From an uncultured bacterium (GTDB lineage: Bacteria; Patescibacteriota; Minisyncoccia; UBA6257; GWB1-50-10), in assembly GCA_963722655.1 (NCBI GenBank), contig CAVRNT010000001.1, forward strand, positions 98,612-162,611: DNA of 64,000 bases. The letters are read 5' to 3'. This document shows positions 55,142-64,000 of this stretch, one piece after another. How positions within the stretch are numbered: the first letter of the stretch is position 1; every line of letters begins with the position of its first letter. A model generated the notes under the pieces. The model made no database searches, was not told the origin of the DNA, and worked only from the letters and a program-made list of their open reading frames with translations. A program made the translations under genes and the position numbers.

Positions 55142-57253
55142 TCAGTCCCAATTTTCCACCATAAGTAGTCCTTTTTCTTCCGGCATCTCTTTCCAAAGCG
55201 CCTCCGTGATGAAAGGCATGAAGGGATGCAGCATCTTGAGGGAATCCTTGAGGACCGCGAGCAAGATATTTTGCGTCGAGGTCCTCGTTCTTTCGTCGGC
55301 GAGCTGCTTTTTTGCCGTTTCCAGGTACTTATCGCAAAGGTCGTGCCAGAAGAAATCGTAAAGCCCTTGGAGCGCCTTGCTGAACTCGAATTTCTCTATG
55401 AGCTTCTCCGTTCCCTTTTTGGTTTTGGCGAGTTTGGTCAATATCTCCTTGTCGGCCGCCGTCACTGGCTTGGCCTTCCCGCCCGCCCTGCCGTTCTCGA
55501 TGACGAAGCGGGCCGCATTCCAGATCTTGTTACAGAACTTCCTCCCGGCCGCGACCGCCGCCTCGTCCCAGCGGATGTCCTGGCCCGTCGCCTGCCAGAC
55601 CACGGCGAAGCGCGCCGCGTCCGCGCCGAACTGGTCGATGTATTTCAGGGGGTCGATGCCGGTGCCCAAGCTCTTGGACATTCTTTTTCCGTCCTTCGTG
55701 AGAATGGTCCCATGGATCAGGACGTCTTTGAAGGGGACCTTGTCCATGAACTCCAGTCCGGAAAATATCATCCGGGCGACCCAGAGGTTCAAGATGTCGC
55801 GGGCGGTGATCAATGTGTTGCCGGGATAATATCTTTTCTTGTCGCTTTCGGAAAGCCCCGCGAAAGGCCAAAGGGCGGATGAGAACCAAGTATCCAAGAC
55901 GTCGGGTGCCTGTTCCATCTCGCACTTCCCGCAGACCGGGCACTTCTTCGGTCTTTCAGTGGCCACAATGAACTTCTCCTTCTCGTTCTTGCAAAAATAA
56001 ACGGGAAGTTGATGCCCCCACCAGATTTGGCGTGAGATCGTCCAGTCGCGGATGTTCGAGAGCCAGTCAAAATATATCCTTTGGAAATTTTTCGGTTGGA
56101 TGTTCACCTTACCGCTTTTGACCGCTTTCAAGGCGTTCTTGGCAAGCGTGCCCATCTTGAGGAACCACTGGGTGGAAGGAATGGGTTCGATGACATGGCC
56201 GCACCGCGAGCAGATGGAAACGTTGTGGACGTACGGCTCCTCTTTTTCCAATAATCCCTCCGCCTTGAGCTTCTTGATGATGGCGGCGCGGGCCTCTTCG
56301 GTCTTCAATCCGGCGTATTCTCCGGCATTCGAGTTCATCTTCCCGCGCTCATCGATCACTTGGATCGTCTGGAGCTTGTGACTTTGGCCGATCTCGAAGT
56401 CCAAGATGTCGTGGGCGGGCGTCACCTTCACCGCCCCCGTGCCGAAATCTTTGTCTATCTTGGGGTCGGCGATGATGGGTATCTCGCGGTCCGTGAGCGG
56501 AAGTTTCACGGTCTGACCGACGAGCGCCGCGTACCTCTTATCCTTCGGGTTCACTGCCACGGCCGTATCGCCGAGCATCGTCTCCGGTCTCGTCGTCGCC
56601 ACGATGACGAACCTGCCGCTTTGAACGGGATATTTTATGTACCACAGCGTTCCCTCCTCCTCCTCCTTATGTTCCAGCTCTAGGTCGGACAAACTCGTGC
56701 CGCAACGCAGACACCAGTTCACCGTCCGAAAGCCGCGATAAATCCAGCCCTTCTCGTAGTAGTGGACGAAGGCGGAGGTGACGTCCTTGGCGTAGGCCGG
56801 ATCCATCGTGAAGCGCAGGCGTGACCAATCGGCCGAGATGCCAATCCTTTTAAGCTGGCCGAGGATGATGCTCCCGTACTCTTCTTTCCATTTCCAGACG
56901 CGCTCAACGAACTTATCGCGGCCGAGATCGAAGCGCGACACCCCTTCTTTGCGCAGCTGTTTTTCGACGACGTATTGCGTGGCGATGCCGGCATGGTCCG
57001 TGCCGGGGAGATACAATGTCCTGAACCCCTTCATCCGGTGGAACCTAATCAGGATGTCCTGAAAGGAGTTGTTCAAAAGATGCCCCATATGGAGTGTCCC
57101 CGTCACGTTGGGGAGAGGCATATAGACGATGTAGTTCTTCTTCCTCTTCCCCGGCAGTTTGTCCGGATTGAAATAGCCGGAATTGAGCCACTTATGGTAT
57201 ATCTCCGGTTCAACCAGTTTCGGGTCGTAGGGTTTGGAGAAATCGGCCTTCAT
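55142..57253 (-). CDS. valS: Valine--tRNA ligase (short, no long C-terminal coiled-coil)
   Basis: 703 aa; HMGH, TRPETMLGDTAVAVNP and KMSKS motifs, with a ValRS-like N-terminus. Confidence 0.8.
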   Translation of the reverse strand: MKADFSKPYDPKLVEPEIYHKWLNSGYFNPDKLPGKRKKNYIVYMPLPNVTGTLHMGHLLNNSFQDILIRFHRMKGFRTLYLPGTDHAGIATQYVVEKQLRKEGVSRFDLGRDKFVERVWKWKEEYGSIILGQLKRIGISADWSRLRFTMDPAYAKDVTSAFVHYYEKGWIYRGFRTVNWCLRCGTSLSDLELEHKEEEEGTLWYIKYPVQSGRFVIVATTRPETMLGDTAVAVNPKDKRYAALVGQTVKLPLTDREIPIIADPKIDKDFGTGAVKVTPAHDILDFEIGQSHKLQTIQVIDERGKMNSNAGEYAGLKTEEARAAIIKKLKAEGLLEKEEPYVHNVSICSRCGHVIEPIPSTQWFLKMGTLAKNALKAVKSGKVNIQPKNFQRIYFDWLSNIRDWTISRQIWWGHQLPVYFCKNEKEKFIVATERPKKCPVCGKCEMEQAPDVLDTWFSSALWPFAGLSESDKKRYYPGNTLITARDILNLWVARMIFSGLEFMDKVPFKDVLIHGTILTKDGKRMSKSLGTGIDPLKYIDQFGADAARFAVVWQATGQDIRWDEAAVAAGRKFCNKIWNAARFVIENGRAGGKAKPVTAADKEILTKLAKTKKGTEKLIEKFEFSKALQGLYDFFWHDLCDKYLETAKKQLADERTRTSTQNILLAVLKDSLKMLHPFMPFITEALWKEMPEEKGLLMVENWD

Positions 57254-57293
57254 TTATTCGATTATCGCCGATTTTAGGCCCGAAAGGAAGTGT

Positions 57294-58334
57294 TTAAAGG
57301 GTCAAATTCGCCTGAGCCGTTATACGGCGATTTTTCTTTTTGAGGATTTGGATGTAAGCGGCGGCGGCGATCATCGCGGCATTGTCGGTATTGAACTCCA
57401 TCCCCGGCGCGAAGAAGTTGATTTTCAGCTCGTGGCTTTTTGCTTTCAGTGCTTCACGCAAAGATTGATTGGCGGCCACGCCTCCGGCGAGGATGATGGA
57501 CCCGGCCTTGTACGCCTTGGCGGCCTTGATCGTTTTGTAAACTAGTGTGTCGACGGCGGCTTTCTGGAAAGAGGCCGCGACGTCGTTCACGGAGGCATTC
57601 TTGTGGTCGCGAAGGTAATAAAGGACGGAGGTCTTGAGTCCGGAGAAACTGAAGTCGTAGTTCTTGTCGTGCATCATCGGCCGGGGGAAATTGATCGCCT
57701 CGGGGTTCCCGGAAGCGGCGTCTTTCTGGATCTCCGGCCCGCCGGGGTAGGGCAGGCCGAGCATCCGGGCCACCTTATCGAAGGCCTCGCCCACGGCATC
57801 GTCGCGCGTCTCGCCCAACTTCTTCCACTCGGTGAGCGACTTGAGGAGAAGAAGTATTGTATGCCCGCCGGAGACCACGAGGCCTATGGCCGGGAAAGTC
57901 CGTTTAGGAATTAGAAGTTTGTCATTAGAAATTCCAGTTTTCTGCATGAGCAGAAAACTGTAAAGATGACCTTCCATGTGATTCGTCCCGACGAGCTTCG
58001 CTTTAGGGAATTTGTTTTTACGGAGTTCCTTGGCGAATTCAATACCCGTCCAAAGCGCCGGCTCGAGGCCGGGGCCGACGGTGACGGCGATCGCGTCCAC
58101 TTGTCCCTTGTTTCCTGTCTCTTGTAGCTCCCGAAAAACCAGCGGAAGGTTTTTCAGGTGTTCGCGCTTCGCGATGTTGGGAACGACCCCACCGAAGGGC
58201 GCGTGGAGGGCCACCTGGGAGGAGACGACGTTCTTCAAAACCTTGAACCGCGGGTCTTTGAGACCGCCCGAGGCCTCGACGAGCGCCATGGCCGTTTCGT
58301 CGCAACTCGTTTCTATTGATAGTATCTTCATCAC
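57294..58334 (-). CDS. tsaD: tRNA N6-adenosine threonylcarbamoyltransferase TsaD
   Basis: 346 aa; HMEGH and SGGVAAN motifs. Contains a low-GC in-frame insert with a perfect palindrome at 57935-57960. Confidence 0.85.
   Translation of the reverse strand: MMKILSIETSCDETAMALVEASGGLKDPRFKVLKNVVSSQVALHAPFGGVVPNIAKREHLKNLPLVFRELQETGNKGQVDAIAVTVGPGLEPALWTGIEFAKELRKNKFPKAKLVGTNHMEGHLYSFLLMQKTGISNDKLLIPKRTFPAIGLVVSGGHTILLLLKSLTEWKKLGETRDDAVGEAFDKVARMLGLPYPGGPEIQKDAASGNPEAINFPRPMMHDKNYDFSFSGLKTSVLYYLRDHKNASVNDVAASFQKAAVDTLVYKTIKAAKAYKAGSIILAGGVAANQSLREALKAKSHELKINFFAPGMEFNTDNAAMIAAAAYIQILKKKNRRITAQANLTL
57935..57960. repeat. Perfect 10-bp inverted repeat CAGTTTTCTG-catgag-CAGAAAACTG inside tsaD coding sequence
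   Basis: Read directly; embedded in an AT-rich ~60-nt stretch encoding extra residues (LLMQKTGISNDKLLIPKRTFP) relative to the usual TsaD loop. Confidence 0.7.
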
Positions 58335-58372
58335 TTGAAATTAGGACTGTATAATATAAGAATAATAGTACT

Positions 58373-58777
58373 ATGATTCAACCTCTTTGGATTTGGAGCG
58401 ATTGGGGACTGCTCGTCTTGCGGGTTATTTTAGGCCTCATTCTCATCAAGCACGGTTGGCCGAAGCTGAAGGACCTGAAGCAGGCCGGCAATGGTTTCGC
58501 TCAAATGGGCTTCAAGCCCGGCGTCTTCTGGGCGACCGTCGTTTCGCTCCTGGAGGTCTTCGGCGGGTTGCTTCTCATCCTCGGATTTCTCACCCAAATC
58601 GTCGCCTTCTTCGTCGCCATTGAGTTCATTGTCATCCTCATCAAGGTGAAGCGGAAGGCCGGCTTCGTGGGTGGGTACGAGTTCGAGCTCTTGATTTTGG
58701 CCGCCGCGCTCGCCCTTATCGTCTTGGGCGCCGGCCGCGTGAGTTTGGACACCGTTTCCGGGCTCATAATTTATTAA
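58373..58777 (+). CDS. DoxX-family membrane protein
   Basis: 134 aa with 3-4 TM; LIKHGWPKL...GLLLILG pattern. Confidence 0.5.
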   Translation: MIQPLWIWSDWGLLVLRVILGLILIKHGWPKLKDLKQAGNGFAQMGFKPGVFWATVVSLLEVFGGLLLILGFLTQIVAFFVAIEFIVILIKVKRKAGFVGGYEFELLILAAALALIVLGAGRVSLDTVSGLIIY

Positions 58778-58783
58778 CCTTCA

Positions 58784-60268
58784 ATGCGTCGATTTTGGGA
58801 GATCCTCCCCGGTGCGGCGGCTTGGTTCACCCTCCTCGTTCTTCTTTTCTTTTCCTGGTATTTACCGGTCGCGGTCGTCATCTTCATCCTGCTCTACGAT
58901 CTCTATTGGTTGCTGCGCATCATCTATTTCTTCTTCCACCTCACTTTCTCCTTTCGGCGGATGCGGTCGAACATGAAGGTGAATTGGCTGGGGCGGCTCG
59001 GTTCCGAAAAAGGCGGGGAGTGGGAAAAGGTCTTCCACTTGGTCATCTTGCCGGCCTACCACGAACCTTTCACACTCGTTCGCCGGACGTTTTTGACCTT
59101 GGCCGAGGCGAACTATCCCAAAGAGAACTTCCTCGTCGTCCTCGCGACCGAAGAGCGGGGCGAAACGGAGGACGCGCTCGTGGCGGAAAAGATCGCCGCG
59201 GAGTTCGGCCGGACCTTCGGCGGCTTCTTGATCACCCGCCATCCGGCGAACGTTTCCGGGGAGATGCCGGGCAAGGGCTCGAACGAGACCTGGGCCGCTC
59301 ACGAGGCCGTGAAGAAGCTCGTAGAGGCGAAGGGCCTCGACCCCCGAAACGTCATCGTCTCGGTCTTCGATGCCGATACGCGGCCCGGCCCGGATTATTT
59401 TGGGCTCCTCGCGCACGGATTCTTGAGTTCGCCGGAGGGCGCCCGGTCGAGCTACCAGCCGATACCGATCTTCGTGAACAATTTAGAAGGAGCACCCTTC
59501 TTCGCATACATCGTCGGTTTCTCCTCCACCTTCTGGCAGCTGATGCAGGGATCGCGGCCGGAACAGCTCGTGACCTTTTCCTCCCACAGCATGCCGCTTG
59601 CGGCCTTGATCGAGGTCGGCTTTTGGGAGACGGACCTCGTCTCCGAGGACTCGCGAATATTCTTCGAGTGCCTCGAGCGCTTCCGGGGCGATTGGCGGAC
59701 CGTGCCACTCTTTTATCCGGTCTACATGGACGCAGTCTCCGGTCCGGATATTTGGAGCGCGGTGAAGAACCTTTACAAGCAGCAGCGGCGCTGGGGTTGG
59801 GGAGCGGAGAACCTAGGACGCTTCGCGGCAGGCACGAAAACGGAAAAAGATTTTCCCCGGAAATTGCGCTGGTTCTGGCTCTGGGTGCTCTTTGACGGCT
59901 TCTACTTTTGGGCGACGAGTGCGCTTGTCATCTTCCTCTTCGGCTGGCTGCCGAACGTCTTGGGCGGCACGGCCTTCACCACCTCGATCGTCTCCTACAA
60001 CCTGCCGCGGATGACCGGACTCATCTTGAACTTTAGCTTGATCGGCGTAATCGCCCTCGCCATTTGGAGCGCGGCGATACTCCGCACGGAAAAGGGCGGT
60101 ATGCCAAAAATGAACTATTTGCTTTACGTCCTGGGTTGGGTCCTCACGCCCCTCACGACTATCATCTTCGGTGCCATCCCCGCCCTTGAAGCCCAGACCC
60201 GGCTCATGCTCGGCGGCAAATACCGCTTGGGATTTTGGAAGACGCCGAAATTGGCGGCAAAAAAATGA
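58784..60268 (+). CDS. Membrane-bound family 2 glycosyltransferase (cellulose-synthase-like architecture)
   Basis: 494 aa; N-terminal TM pair, cytoplasmic GT-A region (DxD-like FDAD, QQRRWGWG resembling the QxxRW motif), C-terminal TM bundle. Confidence 0.55.
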   Translation: MRRFWEILPGAAAWFTLLVLLFFSWYLPVAVVIFILLYDLYWLLRIIYFFFHLTFSFRRMRSNMKVNWLGRLGSEKGGEWEKVFHLVILPAYHEPFTLVRRTFLTLAEANYPKENFLVVLATEERGETEDALVAEKIAAEFGRTFGGFLITRHPANVSGEMPGKGSNETWAAHEAVKKLVEAKGLDPRNVIVSVFDADTRPGPDYFGLLAHGFLSSPEGARSSYQPIPIFVNNLEGAPFFAYIVGFSSTFWQLMQGSRPEQLVTFSSHSMPLAALIEVGFWETDLVSEDSRIFFECLERFRGDWRTVPLFYPVYMDAVSGPDIWSAVKNLYKQQRRWGWGAENLGRFAAGTKTEKDFPRKLRWFWLWVLFDGFYFWATSALVIFLFGWLPNVLGGTAFTTSIVSYNLPRMTGLILNFSLIGVIALAIWSAAILRTEKGGMPKMNYLLYVLGWVLTPLTTIIFGAIPALEAQTRLMLGGKYRLGFWKTPKLAAKK

Positions 60269-60798
60269 ACGAATATGTCACGGAGGGGATAGTGCTCCAC
60301 GTGCGCAACCAGCGTGAGACAGATCGGAGCGCCGACGTCTTCGCCCGCAAGCTCGGCCGCGTCGAGATCAAGGTCACGGGTGGCCGCAAACCGCTCTCGA
60401 AGCTCTCGCCCCACTTGGACGTCCTAGTTCTCGTGAAACTCCGGCTCGTCGAGAAGAACCAGATCACGGTCGTGGACGCGCTCCAAGGAGAGAGATTCGA
60501 AAAGTTGGAGAAGGACTCGACCTTGCGGGCTCGGGCGCTCACCCTCATCTATCTCTTGCGATCGCTCTTGCCCAAGGGCGAACCGGACGAAGCGCTCTGG
60601 CATTATCTCCTGCGCGCCTTCCGCTCTGGCGAGTGGGAGACTGGCGAGGTCCTGCGCATTTTGGGCTACGCGCCGGAGGGAGCGAGCTGCGCTGCGTGCG
60701 GTCGCCGACCGGTCGCCGCTTTCCATCTGAAGGACCAGGAATTTTTCTGCTCGCGGTGCGTTTCAAAGGCGCCCCCGAACGAGGTAGTATACTTATAA
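60265..60798 (+). CDS. recO: DNA repair protein RecO (short form)
   Basis: 177 aa from MNEYVTEGIVLHVRNQRETD (OB-fold N-terminus) with C-terminal Cys4 zinc motif (CAACG...CSRC); 4-nt overlap with the upstream gene. Confidence 0.5.
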   Translation: MNEYVTEGIVLHVRNQRETDRSADVFARKLGRVEIKVTGGRKPLSKLSPHLDVLVLVKLRLVEKNQITVVDALQGERFEKLEKDSTLRARALTLIYLLRSLLPKGEPDEALWHYLLRAFRSGEWETGEVLRILGYAPEGASCAACGRRPVAAFHLKDQEFFCSRCVSKAPPNEVVYL

Positions 60799-60828
60799 AA
60801 TATTTAAAGATTTGAAGATCTAAAAAGA

Positions 60829-62667
60829 ATGGCTTTAGAAAATTTGGAAAAAAGATTGCGCTCCCGGGCGAAAGCGAGCGCGAAGCGCTCCGGCCTCCCT
60901 CGGAAGGAAACGCTCAAAAGAAGACTCTTCACCAAGGACGACGAGGAATTCCCGTCCTGGCTGAAGCGCCTAATGGTCCTGGGCGGCGGTTTCACTCTTC
61001 TCGTGATTGTCGTCGGCCTCGGTCTCATCCTCTTCTACACGGGCGGCGGGCGGGACGTGACCGTGACGCTCACCCTTCCCCAGACCGTGACGCGCGGCGA
61101 ACCCTTCGATGCCCAAATGGAAATAATGAACTCGACCGCCGCGCCGCTCCAAGGAGGAGCGGTCGAGATCGACCTGCCCGCCGGGATCGTGAACTACAAC
61201 GGGCCGAGTGCGCACATCCTTTCGGACCAGATCGGGGACGTCGGCGTCGGCAGTTTGAGCAAAAAGACCTATTCGCTCCTCCCCGTTGGGCCGATCGGCG
61301 AGAACGAGTCCATCGCCGCCGTTTTCAATTACTCGACGGGCGGCGGCGCCCAGTTCCAAAACCGGGCGACGGCCGAAACGGCCGTAAAGGATGAAGCGCT
61401 CGCTTTGACCGCGACGCCCCCGACGCAGATCCTCTCCGGCTCCACCTTCCAGGTCCCGATCGTCTACGAGAATGACTCCGATTTCGATTTCCCGGCGATG
61501 ACCCTCTCGGCCGACTACCCGGACGGTTTCAAGTTCGACGCCTCGGACGTTCCGCCGGCCTCGCTCAATGACTATTGGCAGCTGGGTGACCTCAAACCCC
61601 ATGCCTCGGGGACGGTGACGATCACCGGACACCTCATGGGGAACGCCTCAGCCGCGGTTTTGCCCTTGAAGCTCTCCGCGACCTTCGGCGGCGAGGATTT
61701 CCCGCTCGCCGAAACGAGCGTGTCCTTGAACCCCTCGCCCTCGCCCGTCTCTTTGAATGTCCTCGTGAACGGCGGCAACGCCTACGTCGCCCGCGTCGGC
61801 GACGCGTTGAACTATCAGATCCAGTATCAGAACGGGAGCGGCGTCGCCCTCGCGAACGTCATCATCAAAGCGACCATCGTCGGCGATATGTTGGACCTTT
61901 CGACTCTTTCAACGGACGGTCAGTTCGACTCGGGCGCCCAGACCGTGACCTGGAGCGCAGCGAACCTACCCGCTCTCGCGCTCGTTCCGCCAGGCGGGGG
62001 CGGTACGGTGAACGTCACGGTCAAGCTGAAGAATCAGTTCAACGCGGCGCGCTTGAACGACAAGAACTACTCCGTCCAGATGAGCGTCGTGATGACCTCG
62101 CCCACCGTGCCGCCCTACGTTTCCGCGACCCGCACGACGGCTCAGGCGATCGTGGCGACCAAGATCTCCGGTATCGTCGACGTCTCGGCCCAAGGTTACT
62201 ACCGCGATGCGCCGAGCGGCATCGTGAACCCCGGGAGCCTGCCGCCCAAGGTGGGCCAAGCGACCGATTTCACCATCCATTGGGACATCACGAACTATTC
62301 GACCGACCTTTCGGGCGTCACGGTTTCGGCGCCGCTCCCGCCCGGCGTTTCCTGGACGGGTCAGGTGAAGAGCAATATCACGGAAGCTCCGATCTATGAT
62401 CCGAGCACGGGTGACGTCGTTTGGACCATCGCGAGCGTCCCGGCCGGCCGGGGGGTCTTGAGCGACCCGGTCGAGGCCGTCTTCCAAGTGGCGGCGACGC
62501 CTACCTCCGACTACACCGGGCAATTCGAGCCGCTCCTCGGGGCGACCTCGCTCTCCGCGACCGACAGTTTCACGGGCCTCGCGCTCGCGAGCCAGGACGC
62601 GCCCGTCACGACCGCCTTGCCGGACGATCCGACGGTCGGCCAGAGCCAAGGGATCGTGGCGCCTTAA
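60829..62667 (+). CDS. Large surface protein with DUF11-like repeats
   Basis: 612 aa; N-terminal TM anchor, then repeated beta-rich segments resembling the DUF11 conserved repeat domain common in CPR/archaeal surface proteins. Confidence 0.4.
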   Translation: MALENLEKRLRSRAKASAKRSGLPRKETLKRRLFTKDDEEFPSWLKRLMVLGGGFTLLVIVVGLGLILFYTGGGRDVTVTLTLPQTVTRGEPFDAQMEIMNSTAAPLQGGAVEIDLPAGIVNYNGPSAHILSDQIGDVGVGSLSKKTYSLLPVGPIGENESIAAVFNYSTGGGAQFQNRATAETAVKDEALALTATPPTQILSGSTFQVPIVYENDSDFDFPAMTLSADYPDGFKFDASDVPPASLNDYWQLGDLKPHASGTVTITGHLMGNASAAVLPLKLSATFGGEDFPLAETSVSLNPSPSPVSLNVLVNGGNAYVARVGDALNYQIQYQNGSGVALANVIIKATIVGDMLDLSTLSTDGQFDSGAQTVTWSAANLPALALVPPGGGGTVNVTVKLKNQFNAARLNDKNYSVQMSVVMTSPTVPPYVSATRTTAQAIVATKISGIVDVSAQGYYRDAPSGIVNPGSLPPKVGQATDFTIHWDITNYSTDLSGVTVSAPLPPGVSWTGQVKSNITEAPIYDPSTGDVVWTIASVPAGRGVLSDPVEAVFQVAATPTSDYTGQFEPLLGATSLSATDSFTGLALASQDAPVTTALPDDPTVGQSQGIVAP

Positions 62668-62706
62668 AGATTTCAAATTGGGGATTTCTCGTTTAGAATT
62701 AGACGA

Positions 62707-64000
62707 ATGGACATTTGGGAGAAGATAACCAGCTTGGCCAAGCGCCGAGGTTTCATCTATCCGGGCTCCGAGATCTACGGCGGTCTTGCCGGCACCTGGG
62801 ATTACGGCCCCTTAGGCACGGAGCTCAAGCGCAACATTAAAAGTGAGTTCTGGAAGACGATGGTCCAGGAGCGTGAGGACGTCGTCGGATTGGATGCCGC
62901 GATCATTATGAACCCGAAGGTCTGGGAGGCCTCGGGACACCTCACGTCATTCTCCGACCCGCTCGTCGAGTGCAAGAAATGCCATCACCGTTTCCGCGCC
63001 GACCAGCCCCCCGGGGAAAAATGCCCGGACTGCGGCGGCGAGCTCACGACCCCGAAGCAGTTCAACTTGATGGTCGAGACGTACTTGGGCGTCATCGAGG
63101 GCGAGAAGCTCAAAACGTACCTGCGCGGTGAGATTACCCAGGGCGTCCACGTCAACTTCAAGAACGTCTTGAGCTCCACGCGGGTGAAGATCCCCTTCGG
63201 CGTCGCCCAGATCGGCAAGGCCTTTCGGAACGAGATTACGCCCGGCGGGCTCACCTTCCGTTCCCGCGAGTTCGAGCAGATGGAGCTCCAGTTCTACGTG
63301 AGACCCGAAGAGAAGGAGTCGATGAAATGGCTCGATTACTGGAAGAAACAGAGGATGGATTGGTACCTCGCGCTCGGGATGAAAAAGGGGAATCTGCGCT
63401 TCAAGGAGCACGGGAAGGACGAGTTGGCGCACTATGCCAAAGCCGCCTTCGACATTGAGTTCAATGCCGAAGGGGATTGGAAGGAGATGGAGGGTGTTCA
63501 TCACCGCGGCGACTGGGACGTGCGGCGGCATCAGGAATTCTCGGGCGAGGATATGACCTACTTCGACGAAGAGACGAAAGAGAAATACCTGCCCTACATC
63601 ATCGAGACCTCGGGCGGCGTTGACCGCGCGGCCCTCTTCTTCCTGATGAACGCCTACGAAGAGGAGAAGACGAAGGACGGCGAGGAGAGGACGGTCCTGC
63701 ATCTCCATTCGAAGCTCGCGCCATACAAGGTGGCGGTCTTCCCGCTCCTCGCGAACAAGCCGAAACTCGTGGAGTTGGCCCAAGAGATCGCGGGCGATTT
63801 GCGCAAGGACTTTATGGTCGCCTGGGACAGCCGGGGGAACATCGGCAAGCGCTACCGCGCCCAGGACGAAGCCGGCACGCCCTATTGCGTCACGGTTGAC
63901 TTTGAAAGTTTGGAAAAGAACGACGTCACGGTCCGCGACCGGGACACGATGAAACAGGAGAGAGTGAAGATAAAGGAGCTACCGGCCTATTTCGCCGAGT
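62707..64000 (+). CDS. glyQS: Glycine--tRNA ligase, class II dimeric type (3' partial)
   Basis: MDIWEKITSLAKRRGFIYPGSEIYGGLAGTWDYGPLGTELKRNIK... is a canonical GlyRS N-terminus; continues past the window end. Confidence 0.85.
   Translation, partial: MDIWEKITSLAKRRGFIYPGSEIYGGLAGTWDYGPLGTELKRNIKSEFWKTMVQEREDVVGLDAAIIMNPKVWEASGHLTSFSDPLVECKKCHHRFRADQPPGEKCPDCGGELTTPKQFNLMVETYLGVIEGEKLKTYLRGEITQGVHVNFKNVLSSTRVKIPFGVAQIGKAFRNEITPGGLTFRSREFEQMELQFYVRPEEKESMKWLDYWKKQRMDWYLALGMKKGNLRFKEHGKDELAHYAKAAFDIEFNAEGDWKEMEGVHHRGDWDVRRHQEFSGEDMTYFDEETKEKYLPYIIETSGGVDRAALFFLMNAYEEEKTKDGEERTVLHLHSKLAPYKVAVFPLLANKPKLVELAQEIAGDLRKDFMVAWDSRGNIGKRYRAQDEAGTPYCVTVDFESLEKNDVTVRDRDTMKQERVKIKELPAYFAE

Noticed and set aside
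60235-60267. Upstream start (MEDAEIGGKK...) for recO overlapping the GT2 gene end.
   Set aside because: The Met at 60265 begins the conserved OB-fold sequence (MNEYVTEGIVLHV) and gives a typical 4-nt coupling overlap. The extension adds only unconserved residues.
1-64000. CRISPR arrays, rRNA genes and insertion sequences with transposase.
   Set aside because: No regularly spaced direct repeats with unique spacers, no rRNA-like conserved stretches and no transposase-like ORFs were seen on manual reading.

Overview
This is a 64 kb chromosomal window of high coding density (about 58-62% GC in core genes). The small-genome gene set, the short YidC, the VirB4/VirB6-type apparatus and the multiple VirB2-like pilins suggest a Patescibacteria/CPR-like bacterium; this is inference only. 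At 3.9-7.9 kb the window spans the replication-origin neighbourhood: dnaN and dnaA on the minus strand, then divergent rpmH-rnpA-yidC-jag. Other housekeeping genes are the tail of a histidine kinase, a YebC-family protein, ruvC, a class A PBP, rsmA, pnp, rpsO, xerC/D, gyrA, rpsA, ftsH, glyA, folD, recA, ftsK, nusA, valS, tsaD, recO and glyQS (3' truncated). I called three tRNAs by hand: Leu-UAG, Ile-UAU and Val-UAC. No rRNA or CRISPR array was seen. Four accessory or unusual regions stand out. (1) 8.3-20.6 kb holds an 11-gene co-directional operon encoding a minimal type IV secretion/conjugation-like apparatus: a split VirB4 ATPase, VirB3-like and VirB6/TrbL-like membrane proteins, a pilin-adhesin fusion and several secreted proteins. 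No relaxase, coupling protein or VirB11 is present. (2) A lower-GC islet at 27.5-33.2 kb, next to tRNA-Leu and xerC, carries a three-gene translationally coupled operon of unknown function under a consensus sigma70 promoter, a membrane protein, a GT-C (PMT/ArnT-like) glycosyltransferase and four tandem VirB2/TrbC-like pilin paralogs. (3) A second AT-rich islet at 49.8-51.5 kb has repeats, consensus promoters, a YraN-like gene and a small ORF interrupted by an in-frame TGA. (4) Short repetitive sequences are inserted in frame in housekeeping genes: an identical 30-nt (ACTCACT)n block in rsmA and folD, and a low-GC palindromic block in tsaD. All calls are from manual reading of the sequence and ORF track; no searches were run.
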